Shown here piece after piece: positions 8,720-18,312 of a DNA stretch of 64,000 nucleotides. The notes beneath the pieces are model-generated. The model had not been told where the DNA came from and searched no databases. It was given only the letters and a program-made list of their open reading frames with translations. Source of the stretch: an uncultured virus (IMG/VR IMGVR_UViG_3300043772_001084). Its lineage: Duplodnaviria; Heunggongvirae; Uroviricota; Caudoviricetes. Every line of letters begins with the position of its first letter. The first letter of the stretch is position 1. The stretch lies in IMG/VR virus record IMGVR_UViG_3300043772_001084; one strand, given 5' to 3'. The position numbers and the translations under genes are program-made.

Positions 8720-10270
8720 ATGGCAACAAGACAAACAACACTTTTATTAAAGAGATCAAATGTAATTGGAAAAATACCACCATTAAGTGGTTTAACATTA
8801 GGTGAGATGGCATTAAATACTGCTGATGCCAAATTATATACATTATTTACATCTGGAACAACTGGTGCCACAGAAGTTAGAGAAATTGGTTGGAATAGAG
8901 TATCCAAAACTGGTGATACCATTAGTGGTGATTTAATTATAAATGGTGGTTTAAGTGCAACAACAATAAGTGCCGCAACTTATCAGAATTTACCGGTTAG
9001 TGGTTTAATTCCTGGTTCAAATATTAGCATAACTGGTTCTAATGGGAACTTTACAGTATCATTTACTGGAGCAACAAGTTCAACCGGTGTTTTTGGTATA
9101 TCTAACACTAGTGGAGTATATACTTACTACTCAACATTATCTGCGGCTATGTCAGCAGCAACTACTGGACAAACTATTGAAATGTTTGCAGATGTTACTA
9201 CAACAACAACAGTAACCTTAAAACCAAATGTCATTTTATATGGTAATGGTCACACATATACATATTCGGGAAATACAGGTAATGTATTTTCAACAAGTCC
9301 TGGTAGCGGTACTTATTTTTTCTATAATATGAACATAAGACGCTCAAATACTGCAACATCAACTGGTGTGATATTTTCGGCCGATGGAACAGTTTTTGGA
9401 ACTACATTAACTTTTAAATGTTATAATCTAACCGTAACTTACACAACAACAACAGGTACTGCACCAATAGTCACAACAACTGGTTTTGGTATATACGGTT
9501 GGGCATTTGATGGAATAGAAGTTATAGGAAATAGTTCTGGATTTTTATTTCCTGATGTGTTTTCGGTTAATAATATAAGAAATAGTAGAATTGAAAATAC
9601 TGGAACAGGAGGTGGATACTCAACTGCAAATATAAATGGTGGTAGTGTAATTGAAAATACATATGTAAAAACAGTGTCTGGTGTTGCAATATCATTAAAT
9701 TATAGTAATCAAGGTGATACTGCTAGAGATTGTACTGTTATAACAACATCTTCAAATGGTATTGTTGGTGGAACAGCAATAAATTGTTATTCTTTTTCAA
9801 ATTCAGGAAGAGCTATCACATCTAGCGCCTTTAATTGTGTTGCATCAACGGTTACAGGCATTGCATATTACCAAAGTAATGCTTGGAATTCAATTGGAAC
9901 ATCTTCAAGTACTGGTGTTGCTGTTAGACCATTTTTTACAATGTCTTCATTCTACGATTGTACTTTTAGAAGTGCTGGAAATGCGACAATTTCAGATACT
10001 ACTTATGCCGCTAGGTTTTATAATTGTTCAATAGAAAACGCTTGGAATAATGCGTCAGGACATGGTATTTTACTAAATGGTGCTGGAGTTGAGGTTACAA
10101 ATTGTTCCATCTCAGTAACTAACGCGTCCGCAAATTGTATAGTAGGTGCCGGATCGATTACTGTTAAATATGCAAATAATTCATTCCGAGGTGCAACGAC
10201 ACCAATTAACATTAATGTTACACAAGGAATTACTAATACACACGATAATCAAGGTAATATATTAATATAA
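8720..10270 (+). CDS. Tail spike-like protein with right-handed beta-helix
   Basis: Same N-terminal domain type as 7319; TLSAAMSAATTGQTI helix cap followed by Asn/Cys-ladder repeats. Confidence 0.65.
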   Translation: MATRQTTLLLKRSNVIGKIPPLSGLTLGEMALNTADAKLYTLFTSGTTGATEVREIGWNRVSKTGDTISGDLIINGGLSATTISAATYQNLPVSGLIPGSNISITGSNGNFTVSFTGATSSTGVFGISNTSGVYTYYSTLSAAMSAATTGQTIEMFADVTTTTTVTLKPNVILYGNGHTYTYSGNTGNVFSTSPGSGTYFFYNMNIRRSNTATSTGVIFSADGTVFGTTLTFKCYNLTVTYTTTTGTAPIVTTTGFGIYGWAFDGIEVIGNSSGFLFPDVFSVNNIRNSRIENTGTGGGYSTANINGGSVIENTYVKTVSGVAISLNYSNQGDTARDCTVITTSSNGIVGGTAINCYSFSNSGRAITSSAFNCVASTVTGIAYYQSNAWNSIGTSSSTGVAVRPFFTMSSFYDCTFRSAGNATISDTTYAARFYNCSIENAWNNASGHGILLNGAGVEVTNCSISVTNASANCIVGAGSITVKYANNSFRGATTPININVTQGITNTHDNQGNILI

Positions 10271-10594
10271 ATGGAAAATTATAAAATAGATATTTTTTTA
10301 GAACTAAATTTTCTTGTTATTCAGAATTTAAACACACAAGAACAAAAATATTTTACCATATCTGACTTATCTGGTGATTTATTAACATCGTATAATAATT
10401 TTAATCAATTGATTAATCAAAAAACTAATGAAGATTTCAGCCAAATTTATGTTGCTAAAAACCCTGTGACTAGGTTTGTAACGATGAAAGTACATATTAC
10501 AAAGTTAGAAAATACACAAGAAACACTTTATGATAATTTATCTGATTCAGAAAAATTAATATTTGATAATTTTTATAACACATTTACAAACTAA
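10271..10594 (+). CDS. Hypothetical protein abutting the spike gene (possible chaperone)
   Basis: ATG immediately follows the stop of 8720..10270; internal duplicated LS(G/D)..L...NF motif. Confidence 0.55.
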   Translation: MENYKIDIFLELNFLVIQNLNTQEQKYFTISDLSGDLLTSYNNFNQLINQKTNEDFSQIYVAKNPVTRFVTMKVHITKLENTQETLYDNLSDSEKLIFDNFYNTFTN

Positions 10595-10695
10595 TTAAAA
10601 ATGAATTTAAGTAATATATTAATTGTTGTGGTTAACATCATTATTTAAAATAAAAATAATAGTTTATATCGTTGTAAATTAGAAAAAATATATAA

Positions 10696-11736
10696 ATGCC
10701 ACACCAAATAACAATAACAGGAGTAACGGGTAATGCACCATATCAGGTTCAAGTTTGTGATATATCAATAACAAATTGTTTTAATGTTCCAGGAACATTT
10801 AGTTCAGTCCCATACACTTTTAATGTTCCAGCTCCTTTAGATGTTGCAAATTCAGTTATTGTTATTGTAAGTGATGACGATGGTTGTGAAACTTTCCAGT
10901 ATTATTCTTGTCCTACAACACCCACACCCACTCCAACACCAACTGCAACACCTACACCTACTCCAACAAGTCTATGTCGGTGTATTACAGCCGATAATAC
11001 ATCAACAAGTGATGGTTCATTTGATTATACGGATTGTAATGGCAATAATGTTTTGGATGTTATAATTCAAAGTGGTATAACATATTATACTTGTGGTTCA
11101 AACCCAACAAATGGAACAAATCTTACAATAACAATTGGTGATCCTTGTAGTTCAAACCAATTTTGTCCAACACCTACTTGTCCTCCAACACCAACACCAA
11201 CACCAGTAGCACCTATTTGTGCTCTTGGTGATTATTTAGTCTTTGTTTATGAATTTCCATCTGGTTCGGGGACGGACTTAGATACTGTAACAACTTTAAC
11301 ACAACCAACAATAAATGGGCCTCTAGGTTTTTGCCCAACTGGTAATAAGCCTTCAGGTGTCTGGGGCGGTCCTTATATGTATTGGGGTGGTGATAATGTA
11401 GGAAATGGAAGTGAATCGGTGTTTTTTAAAGTAAATGATATTAAAACGGCATTTCCTTCAGCACCAACAATTCAATTTACAACAAAAGCCAATTGGTATA
11501 ATACAAACGTAGGAACTGGTGTTATTAATCTTGCTATGTATGTTTATTCCGGCGGAACAATGGTTTCCGATGGTAATTATGGATTTACAAATTTCGGTGG
11601 TTCTTTAGTTGCTACATACACATTCCCATTACCACCATTAATATTGTTTAATAATGAATGTACTGAAAACCAATGTTTAGGAACCTTTACTTATAATATT
11701 TCAACCGGATGTATTATAAGGACAGATGGTTGTTAA
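10696..11736 (+). CDS. Putative virion protein with Pro-Thr tracts and Cys-rich modules
   Basis: PT tracts near 10912-10969 and 11167-11213; C-terminal DLDT...WGGDN...ESV (YfaP/DUF2135-like) motif. Confidence 0.65.
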   Translation: MPHQITITGVTGNAPYQVQVCDISITNCFNVPGTFSSVPYTFNVPAPLDVANSVIVIVSDDDGCETFQYYSCPTTPTPTPTPTATPTPTPTSLCRCITADNTSTSDGSFDYTDCNGNNVLDVIIQSGITYYTCGSNPTNGTNLTITIGDPCSSNQFCPTPTCPPTPTPTPVAPICALGDYLVFVYEFPSGSGTDLDTVTTLTQPTINGPLGFCPTGNKPSGVWGGPYMYWGGDNVGNGSESVFFKVNDIKTAFPSAPTIQFTTKANWYNTNVGTGVINLAMYVYSGGTMVSDGNYGFTNFGGSLVATYTFPLPPLILFNNECTENQCLGTFTYNISTGCIIRTDGC

Positions 11737-11820
11737 ATCAAAATCAACTTAATAAAATAATAATTATTTAACCATTCAACTTTTTATTTTATTCCATATT
11801 TTTTTATTAAAAAATTATAT

Positions 11821-13071
11821 ATGGATAAAATTTTCGTTCAAATCGCAAGTTATAGAGATCCCCAACTTATACCAACAATTGAGGATATGTTAAAAAAAGC
11901 TAGACACCCAGAAAATTTGATTTTTGGGATTTGTTGGCAATATGATGAAACCGAAGACATTACTAAATATGATAGTAATCCAAATTTTAGGATTAAAAAA
12001 TATCACTATTCAGAAAGTCAAGGTTTAGGTTGGGCTAGAAATGTGACAAATTTACTATATGGTGGAGAAAAATATACATTACAAATTGATTCACATCATA
12101 GATTTGTTGAAAATTGGGATGAAATTGTCTTGGAGGATTTTAATCAGGCTTTAGAAATATCCGAAAAACCTGTTATTACAACATATTGCACACCATTTGA
12201 TCCGAATGAAGATGAAGATAAGTGGAATAAAACACCAACATTAATGTCTCAATATGAGTTTAGTTCTGACAAACTTTTAATGTCAATGCCTTGGTATATT
12301 CAAGATTATAAAGAAAGAGACAAAATAATTAGAGCAAGAACTATTAGTGGGCATTTTTATTTTACATATGGAAAATTTATTGAAGAAGTACCATATGATC
12401 CTGACATTTATTTTGGTGGGTATGTTGAGGAGACAACACTAAGTGCTAGAGCATATACAAATGGTTATGACTTTTTTAGTCCATATAGAATGGTTATGTG
12501 GCATGAATACACAAGAAATTACAGACCGAAGCATTGGGAGGACCACGGTAAGGAAAGTAAAACAGATAAAACCAGTGGACAAAGAGATGTTTTTGCTAGA
12601 GAAAAGACAAGACAACTTTTTGGAACCGATGAGGGTGATATTGATATGGGTATTTATTGTTTGGGTGATAAAAGAACTTTACACGATTATGAAGTTTATG
12701 GAGGATTTGACTTTAAAAAATGTATAATCCAAGACTATACTCTAAAAGTTAAAGAACCACCAAATCCTATTGATTGGGAAAACCAATTTATCAAAAATGT
12801 GTATAATTTTGAGGTAGATTGGGATTTAAATTTTTTCAAAAAGTATAATTTTATAAATAAAAAGTTTTTAACTTTTGCGGTTGCAAATAGTAGTGGGGCT
12901 GAACTATATAGAAGAGATTTTACATTAGAAAACGACCCTCAATATGTTAATCTAGAAATAAACAAATTTAGAGCTTTTTTTGAATCAGCTGATAGACCAA
13001 ATAAAATAATTATGTATCTCTTCGATGAAGAAAAACAATGGAGTGATAGATATGAAAAAATAATAGTATGA
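11821..13071 (+). CDS. GT60 family polypeptide/hydroxyproline alpha-GlcNAc-transferase-like glycosyltransferase
   Basis: IFVQIASYRD, GICWQ, SQGLGWAR, YTLQIDSHHRFVENWD, EETTLSARAYTNGYDFFSP motifs. Confidence 0.85.
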   Translation: MDKIFVQIASYRDPQLIPTIEDMLKKARHPENLIFGICWQYDETEDITKYDSNPNFRIKKYHYSESQGLGWARNVTNLLYGGEKYTLQIDSHHRFVENWDEIVLEDFNQALEISEKPVITTYCTPFDPNEDEDKWNKTPTLMSQYEFSSDKLLMSMPWYIQDYKERDKIIRARTISGHFYFTYGKFIEEVPYDPDIYFGGYVEETTLSARAYTNGYDFFSPYRMVMWHEYTRNYRPKHWEDHGKESKTDKTSGQRDVFAREKTRQLFGTDEGDIDMGIYCLGDKRTLHDYEVYGGFDFKKCIIQDYTLKVKEPPNPIDWENQFIKNVYNFEVDWDLNFFKKYNFINKKFLTFAVANSSGAELYRRDFTLENDPQYVNLEINKFRAFFESADRPNKIIMYLFDEEKQWSDRYEKIIV

Positions 13072-14249
13072 GAATAGCATTTATAGTCATAGGAAATAGT
13101 AGAAGAAGTAATTACTTGAATGGTGAAACATTAAGATATGGTGGTGGTGGAGGATCTGGAACTGATACAAGTTCTATTTTAATTGCAGAATATCTTGCAA
13201 GTCAAGGACATGAAGTTGTGTTTGCGTCAGAAAGATTAGAACCTCATTTAGATAAAAAATTAGAATCATTAGGGTTGGGTTTTGAACCTGGAAAGAATGT
13301 AAGAGGCGTGTGTTATACTGATATACATTTCACTAATGTACCAAACAAAGAATTTGACATATTAGTAAGTAGTTTATGGTTTGTTGATTATAAAAATATC
13401 CCAATCAAAATTTCAAAAGGTTTAATTTATTGGTCTCATATGCAATGGATATATGGGGTGGGTGAAATCATTGATTTTGTAAATACCAATAATTTAAAAT
13501 TAGGCATTGTGAATATATCTGAATGGGAGAAAAAAATGAACCAAAATGTGGTTAATAGTTTATTAAATAATTGTAAAGATACAATTTCAACAATAATACC
13601 AAACCCAATAATGGATGATGTAATAAATGAAGTATTATTAAATAACCCAAAAAAGAAAAAACATAAATTTATTTTTCATGCAGCATGGGCAAGAGGTGGT
13701 GATGTTGCGGTGGAAGCGGTAAGAAAATTAAATTTCAAGGATTGTGAATTCCACGCCTTTGATTATTTATTGGCGACACACGCACATTCAGATTCTTTTT
13801 TTAAACTACATAATAGTGTGGATAAAAAAACATTATTTACACATTTGGCCGAAAGTGAATATTTTATTTATCCTCTATATACACCATATCAAGATGTTCA
13901 TAAAGACACTTTTTCTTGTGTTGTTGCAGAAGCTATTGCATTAGGTTGTATTCCGGTGACATATCCATTAGGCGCTTTACCTGAAAATTTTGATGGGTAT
14001 TGTGCTTGGTTGGATTTTCCTCCAGGTTCAGACCCAAATAAGATGCAAAACGAACCTTTATCAAAAGACATTGATGGTATTTTTAAATATTCTGATAATA
14101 TCGTATCCAAAGTAAATTCTTTAGAAGAAAATCCAGAATTTAAAAATAAAATAATAGAAAATGGAAAAGATTATATTTTAGAAAAATTCAACAAAAATAA
14201 AGTAGGAGATATGTGGAAAAATTTTATTAATAGTTTATTGAATGGGTAA
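13068..14249 (+). CDS. GT-B (GT4-like) glycosyltransferase
   Basis: GSGTDTS..IAEYLASQGHEV N-terminus; DTFSCVVAEAIALGCIPVT...GALPE acidic motif; 4-nt overlap with the upstream gene. Confidence 0.8.
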   Translation: MRIAFIVIGNSRRSNYLNGETLRYGGGGGSGTDTSSILIAEYLASQGHEVVFASERLEPHLDKKLESLGLGFEPGKNVRGVCYTDIHFTNVPNKEFDILVSSLWFVDYKNIPIKISKGLIYWSHMQWIYGVGEIIDFVNTNNLKLGIVNISEWEKKMNQNVVNSLLNNCKDTISTIIPNPIMDDVINEVLLNNPKKKKHKFIFHAAWARGGDVAVEAVRKLNFKDCEFHAFDYLLATHAHSDSFFKLHNSVDKKTLFTHLAESEYFIYPLYTPYQDVHKDTFSCVVAEAIALGCIPVTYPLGALPENFDGYCAWLDFPPGSDPNKMQNEPLSKDIDGIFKYSDNIVSKVNSLEENPEFKNKIIENGKDYILEKFNKNKVGDMWKNFINSLLNG

Positions 14250-14931
14250 TAGAGATTATACAGATTACTATTGGAGATTACATAATGATTGGAGTATTCC
14301 AGCTCAACATATTGAATATCTAAAAACAATTGATTATTATCCTAAAGTTATTTACGACATAGGTTCTGCGGTTCTTCATTGGACTAAAGAAGCCAAGAAA
14401 ATATGGTCTAACTCAATATATTATAATTTTGAAGCCGTCTTACAAGTTGAGGAATTTTATTTGGAATATGGTTCTACATTTTCTTTGAATGTTTTTAGCG
14501 ATACGGACGATAAAGAATTAATATTTTATAATCACCCACTTTATTTGGCTGGTAATTCTTATTATAAAGAAAATGAAATTTTTTCTCCCGCGGCTAAAAA
14601 CATATATGATGAAAAATCTTATGAAATAAGACTGACAAAAAAAATAGACACTATTGTATTTAATCAAAAATTCAGATTACCTGACTTTGTGAAAATTGAT
14701 GTTCAAGGTGCCGAAATTGATATTTTAAAAGGAATGAAAGAAACACTCAAAAATGTTAAACATATGATTGTGGAATTACAACATGTTGAATATAATTTAG
14801 GTGCTAAAAAAATAGACGAATCAATTCCCTTTATAGAATCTTTAGGTTTTGAGCTTGTTTCAAATAAAAGTAATAATAAATATTTTTGTGGTAATGGTCC
14901 TGATGCTGATTATCACTTTATAAGAAAATAA
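14242..14931 (+). CDS. FkbM-family SAM-dependent methyltransferase
   Basis: VIYDIGS, FEA, PDFVKIDVQGAEIDILKG motifs. Confidence 0.85.
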   Translation: MGNRDYTDYYWRLHNDWSIPAQHIEYLKTIDYYPKVIYDIGSAVLHWTKEAKKIWSNSIYYNFEAVLQVEEFYLEYGSTFSLNVFSDTDDKELIFYNHPLYLAGNSYYKENEIFSPAAKNIYDEKSYEIRLTKKIDTIVFNQKFRLPDFVKIDVQGAEIDILKGMKETLKNVKHMIVELQHVEYNLGAKKIDESIPFIESLGFELVSNKSNNKYFCGNGPDADYHFIRK

Positions 14932-14934
14932 TTT

Positions 14935-16032
14935 ATGTATGATTATATAATTGTTGGTTCTGGATTTTTCGGTTCTATTTGTGCTCACGAACTTACAAAA
15001 AAAGGATATAATTGTTTAGTATTAGAAAAACGCAACCATATTGGTGGAAATTGCTATACATCTAACAGAGATGGTATTAATGTTCACGATTATGGTCCCC
15101 ACATTTTTCACACCTCTAATGATGAAGTTTGGGAATGGATAAATCAATTCGTTTCCTTCAATGATTTCATACTAAGAGCTGTTGCAAATTATAAAAATGA
15201 AATTTACTCATTACCTTTTAATATGTGGACATTCTCAAAATTATGGAATATTACACAACCAAGTGAAGCAAAAAAAATAATAGAAGAACAAGGTAGTGAA
15301 ATTATAGAACCAAAAAACTTGGAAGAACAAGCCATAAAGTTGGTTGGTAGAGATGTTTATGAAAAACTAATAAAAGGTTATACAACTAAACAATGGAAAA
15401 AAGATCCTAGATTATTACCAAAAGAAATAATAAAAAGACTACCAGTTAGATTTACATACGATAATAATTATTTTAATGACAAGTATCAAGGAATACCAAT
15501 AGGTGGTTATACCCAAATATTTGAAAAATTATTAGATGGAATTGAGGTAAAATTAAATGTGGATTACTTATCGGATAAAGAATATTGGAATTCAGTTACA
15601 AAAAAAATAATATACACAGGTCCAATAGATGCTTTCTATAACTATAAATTTGGAGAATTGGAATATAAAACAACAGAATTTAATCACAAGAAATTTGAAA
15701 CTGAGAATTATCAAGGGTGTGCTATGATGAACTTCACGGATTCCGAAGTTTCATTTACGAGAATTATAGAACATAAACATTTTGAAAAAACCGAATCAAA
15801 TGTGAGTTGGGTTAGTTGGGAATACCCAACAGACTATTCAGCAAAAAAAACAGAACCTTATTATCCTGTCAATGATCAAGAAAATAATTTCAAATATAGT
15901 CAGTATAAAACATTAGCCGACAAAGAAGAAAATATAATTTTTGGTGGTAGATTGGCTGAATATAAATACTATGATATGCACCAAGTAATAGAATGTGCAT
16001 TAAAAAAATGTAAAGAAGAAATTATATTATAG
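14935..16032 (+). CDS. glf: UDP-galactopyranose mutase
   Basis: IVGSGFFG (FAD binding), HIGGNCY, YGPHIFHT, YQGIPIGGYT, EPYYP, GRLAEYKYYDMHQ. Confidence 0.95.
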   Translation: MYDYIIVGSGFFGSICAHELTKKGYNCLVLEKRNHIGGNCYTSNRDGINVHDYGPHIFHTSNDEVWEWINQFVSFNDFILRAVANYKNEIYSLPFNMWTFSKLWNITQPSEAKKIIEEQGSEIIEPKNLEEQAIKLVGRDVYEKLIKGYTTKQWKKDPRLLPKEIIKRLPVRFTYDNNYFNDKYQGIPIGGYTQIFEKLLDGIEVKLNVDYLSDKEYWNSVTKKIIYTGPIDAFYNYKFGELEYKTTEFNHKKFETENYQGCAMMNFTDSEVSFTRIIEHKHFEKTESNVSWVSWEYPTDYSAKKTEPYYPVNDQENNFKYSQYKTLADKEENIIFGGRLAEYKYYDMHQVIECALKKCKEEIIL

Positions 16033-16062
16033 GAAAACTAATATTTATTGTAAAAACAATAA

Positions 16063-17445
16063 ATGGAATTTTATATTAAAAAGAACGCAACATTACCATT
16101 GTTAAAAATTCAAGTGGTAAAAGACGGTAGAAGCGACTACAATAGTTTTATGAATTTCATTGAGGAATCGGCAATATTCTTTTCAATGACGGATGTTGAA
16201 ACCGGAATTCCAAAAATAGTGACAAGGCCGGCTGGTTTCACAAAAAAAGAATTTACGGATCCAAATGCTCCAGTTGAGTATTATGTTTATTACCAATTCC
16301 AATCAAAAGACACAAATAAGGTTGGGAGATTTGAAGGTCAGTTTTTATTTAGAACCGAGAACGAGGGTGTTTTAATTTTACCAATTAGAGAAAAACTATA
16401 TATTAATGTTCAAGAAAGTTTTATAGCTGATGATTTAGAGTACAAAAATTGTTATGTGTCAGAATTTCCTTGTTGTATTTCAAAACCAGTTATTACTATA
16501 ACACCTACTCCTACACCAACATCTACTCCTACTCCAATACCACCTACTCCTACACCAATACCTACATCAACACCTACATCAACTCCAATACCTACATCAA
16601 CACCTACTCCTACTCCAATACCACCTACTCCTACTCCAACACCAACACCCACTCCTACACCAACACCAATACCTATAAGTTGTGATATTATCACAGAATT
16701 AGAATTAGATATTATAACAGAAGATAATGACAATTTAGTTTGGGGAGATTGTGAACAACAACAAATAAACCTTGAACCATTAATATCATTTCAACTCGGT
16801 AGAACACATAAACCAGACGAACGGGATAATAATTATTTAATTGAAAACCACCTTTTAACCTCATCAAGATCAAGAGTGACAATAACATCAAGATATTGGG
16901 ATGATAATGGATGGTGGGGAAATCAAGGAAATACACCACATTGTGTTGGTTTTTCTTGGGCTCATTGGTTGGAAGATGGACCAATTGGACAACCAGGTAT
17001 TGCACCAATCATTCAACCTAAAATAATTTATGAAAACGCTCAAAAACTTGATGAATGGCCAGGTGAAAACTATAATGGAACTTCGGTAAGGGGTGGTGTA
17101 AAATATCTACAACAAGTAGGTAAAGTAAGAAATTATTATTGGGGTTATACACTTCAAACATTAATTAACTCTGTTTTAAATATTGGACCGGTAGTAGTTG
17201 GGACAAATTGGTATAGAAATATGTTCTTTCCAGATAGAAATGGAAATATAAGAATTGGTGGTCCTTTAGTTGGTGGACATGCTTATGTAATTAATGGTGT
17301 TGACACAAGAAAAAGAATATTTAGAATGAAAAATAGTTGGGGTAGAAGTTGGGGTATAAATGGCTCAGCTTATATTTCCTTCAATGATATGGAAAGATTA
17401 ATTAGAGAAAACGGAGAAATTTGTTTTGCAACAGAATTAATTTAA
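16063..17445 (+). CDS. Baseplate-upper (BppU-like) domain + Pro-Thr stalk + papain-like (C1) cysteine peptidase
   Basis: N-terminal FYIKKNATLP...YYQFQSKDT..VGRFEGQF; about 60-aa PT tract; QGNTPHCVGFS, GGHAY, KNSWG catalytic motifs. Confidence 0.8.
   Translation: MEFYIKKNATLPLLKIQVVKDGRSDYNSFMNFIEESAIFFSMTDVETGIPKIVTRPAGFTKKEFTDPNAPVEYYVYYQFQSKDTNKVGRFEGQFLFRTENEGVLILPIREKLYINVQESFIADDLEYKNCYVSEFPCCISKPVITITPTPTPTSTPTPIPPTPTPIPTSTPTSTPIPTSTPTPTPIPPTPTPTPTPTPTPTPIPISCDIITELELDIITEDNDNLVWGDCEQQQINLEPLISFQLGRTHKPDERDNNYLIENHLLTSSRSRVTITSRYWDDNGWWGNQGNTPHCVGFSWAHWLEDGPIGQPGIAPIIQPKIIYENAQKLDEWPGENYNGTSVRGGVKYLQQVGKVRNYYWGYTLQTLINSVLNIGPVVVGTNWYRNMFFPDRNGNIRIGGPLVGGHAYVINGVDTRKRIFRMKNSWGRSWGINGSAYISFNDMERLIRENGEICFATELI
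16495..16677 (+). repeat. Pro-Thr coding repeat
   Basis: [17 protein letters not shown]... tract. Confidence 0.9.
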
Positions 17446-17478
17446 TAAAAATATAAGTATTTATAAAATAAAAAAATT

Positions 17479-18297
17479 ATGGCAAATAAAAAAATATCAC
17501 AATTACCTTCTGTTAGTAGTGTGGATTATACATCAACAGATATATTACCAATTGTAAATTATACTCAAACGAGTGGAACTACAAGTCAAACATTACTTAC
17601 AGAATTAAAAACATATATAAATTCTGGAAATACCGTATCTATATCTGGGGGAACCAATTTAAGTATCACTGGAACTTATCCTAACTTTGGTGTTAGTTTC
17701 ACAGGATCAACTGGAACATCATTTACTGGTGGAACTGTAAGTGGCGCTACATCATTTACTGGTGGACTAAGTGCAAATACATTAAATGTTAATGGAAATT
17801 TAACAGTAACTGGTAATACTTCTTTACAAGGTTTAACCGCAACAACAATATCGGCTACAACATATCAAAATTTACCAGTTAGTGGTTTAACTCCTGGTAA
17901 TAATATTGCAATAAGTGGAACTAATGGAAACTTCACAATATCGGTTACTGGAACACCAATTAGTTCATATACCAACATTGGTTCAACCGGAACATCATTC
18001 AACTGGAATGTTTCTGGTGTTAGCACAAATTATCAAGTAACATTGACAGCAAACACAACATTAACATTAACGGGTGTTAGGAATGGTGAATATGGAACCT
18101 TAATTGTCACACAAGATGCTGTTGGTGGAAGAACTTTAACTTTAGGTAATGTTAATGGTGCTAGTGGAACACATAGAGTTGCAAACGGAGGTGTTGGTTC
18201 TGTAGTATTATCATCCAACCCAAGTATTACAGATATATTAACATTTACATATAATGGTTCTACAATGTATTGGACAGTTGGGAATGACTACAGTTAG
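17479..18297 (+). CDS. Fibre-like structural protein
   Basis: MANKKISQLP N-terminus, FTGGTV repeats, C-terminal GTLIVTQDAVGGRTL...DILTFTYNG domain. Confidence 0.65.
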   Translation: MANKKISQLPSVSSVDYTSTDILPIVNYTQTSGTTSQTLLTELKTYINSGNTVSISGGTNLSITGTYPNFGVSFTGSTGTSFTGGTVSGATSFTGGLSANTLNVNGNLTVTGNTSLQGLTATTISATTYQNLPVSGLTPGNNIAISGTNGNFTISVTGTPISSYTNIGSTGTSFNWNVSGVSTNYQVTLTANTTLTLTGVRNGEYGTLIVTQDAVGGRTLTLGNVNGASGTHRVANGGVGSVVLSSNPSITDILTFTYNGSTMYWTVGNDYS

Positions 18298-18312
18298 TAA
18301 TTAAATTTAGGT

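Noticed and set aside
10601..10648. 15-codon ORF MNLSNILIVVVNIII in the gap before 10696
   Set aside because: Too short, no supporting signals, and expected by chance in AT-rich DNA.
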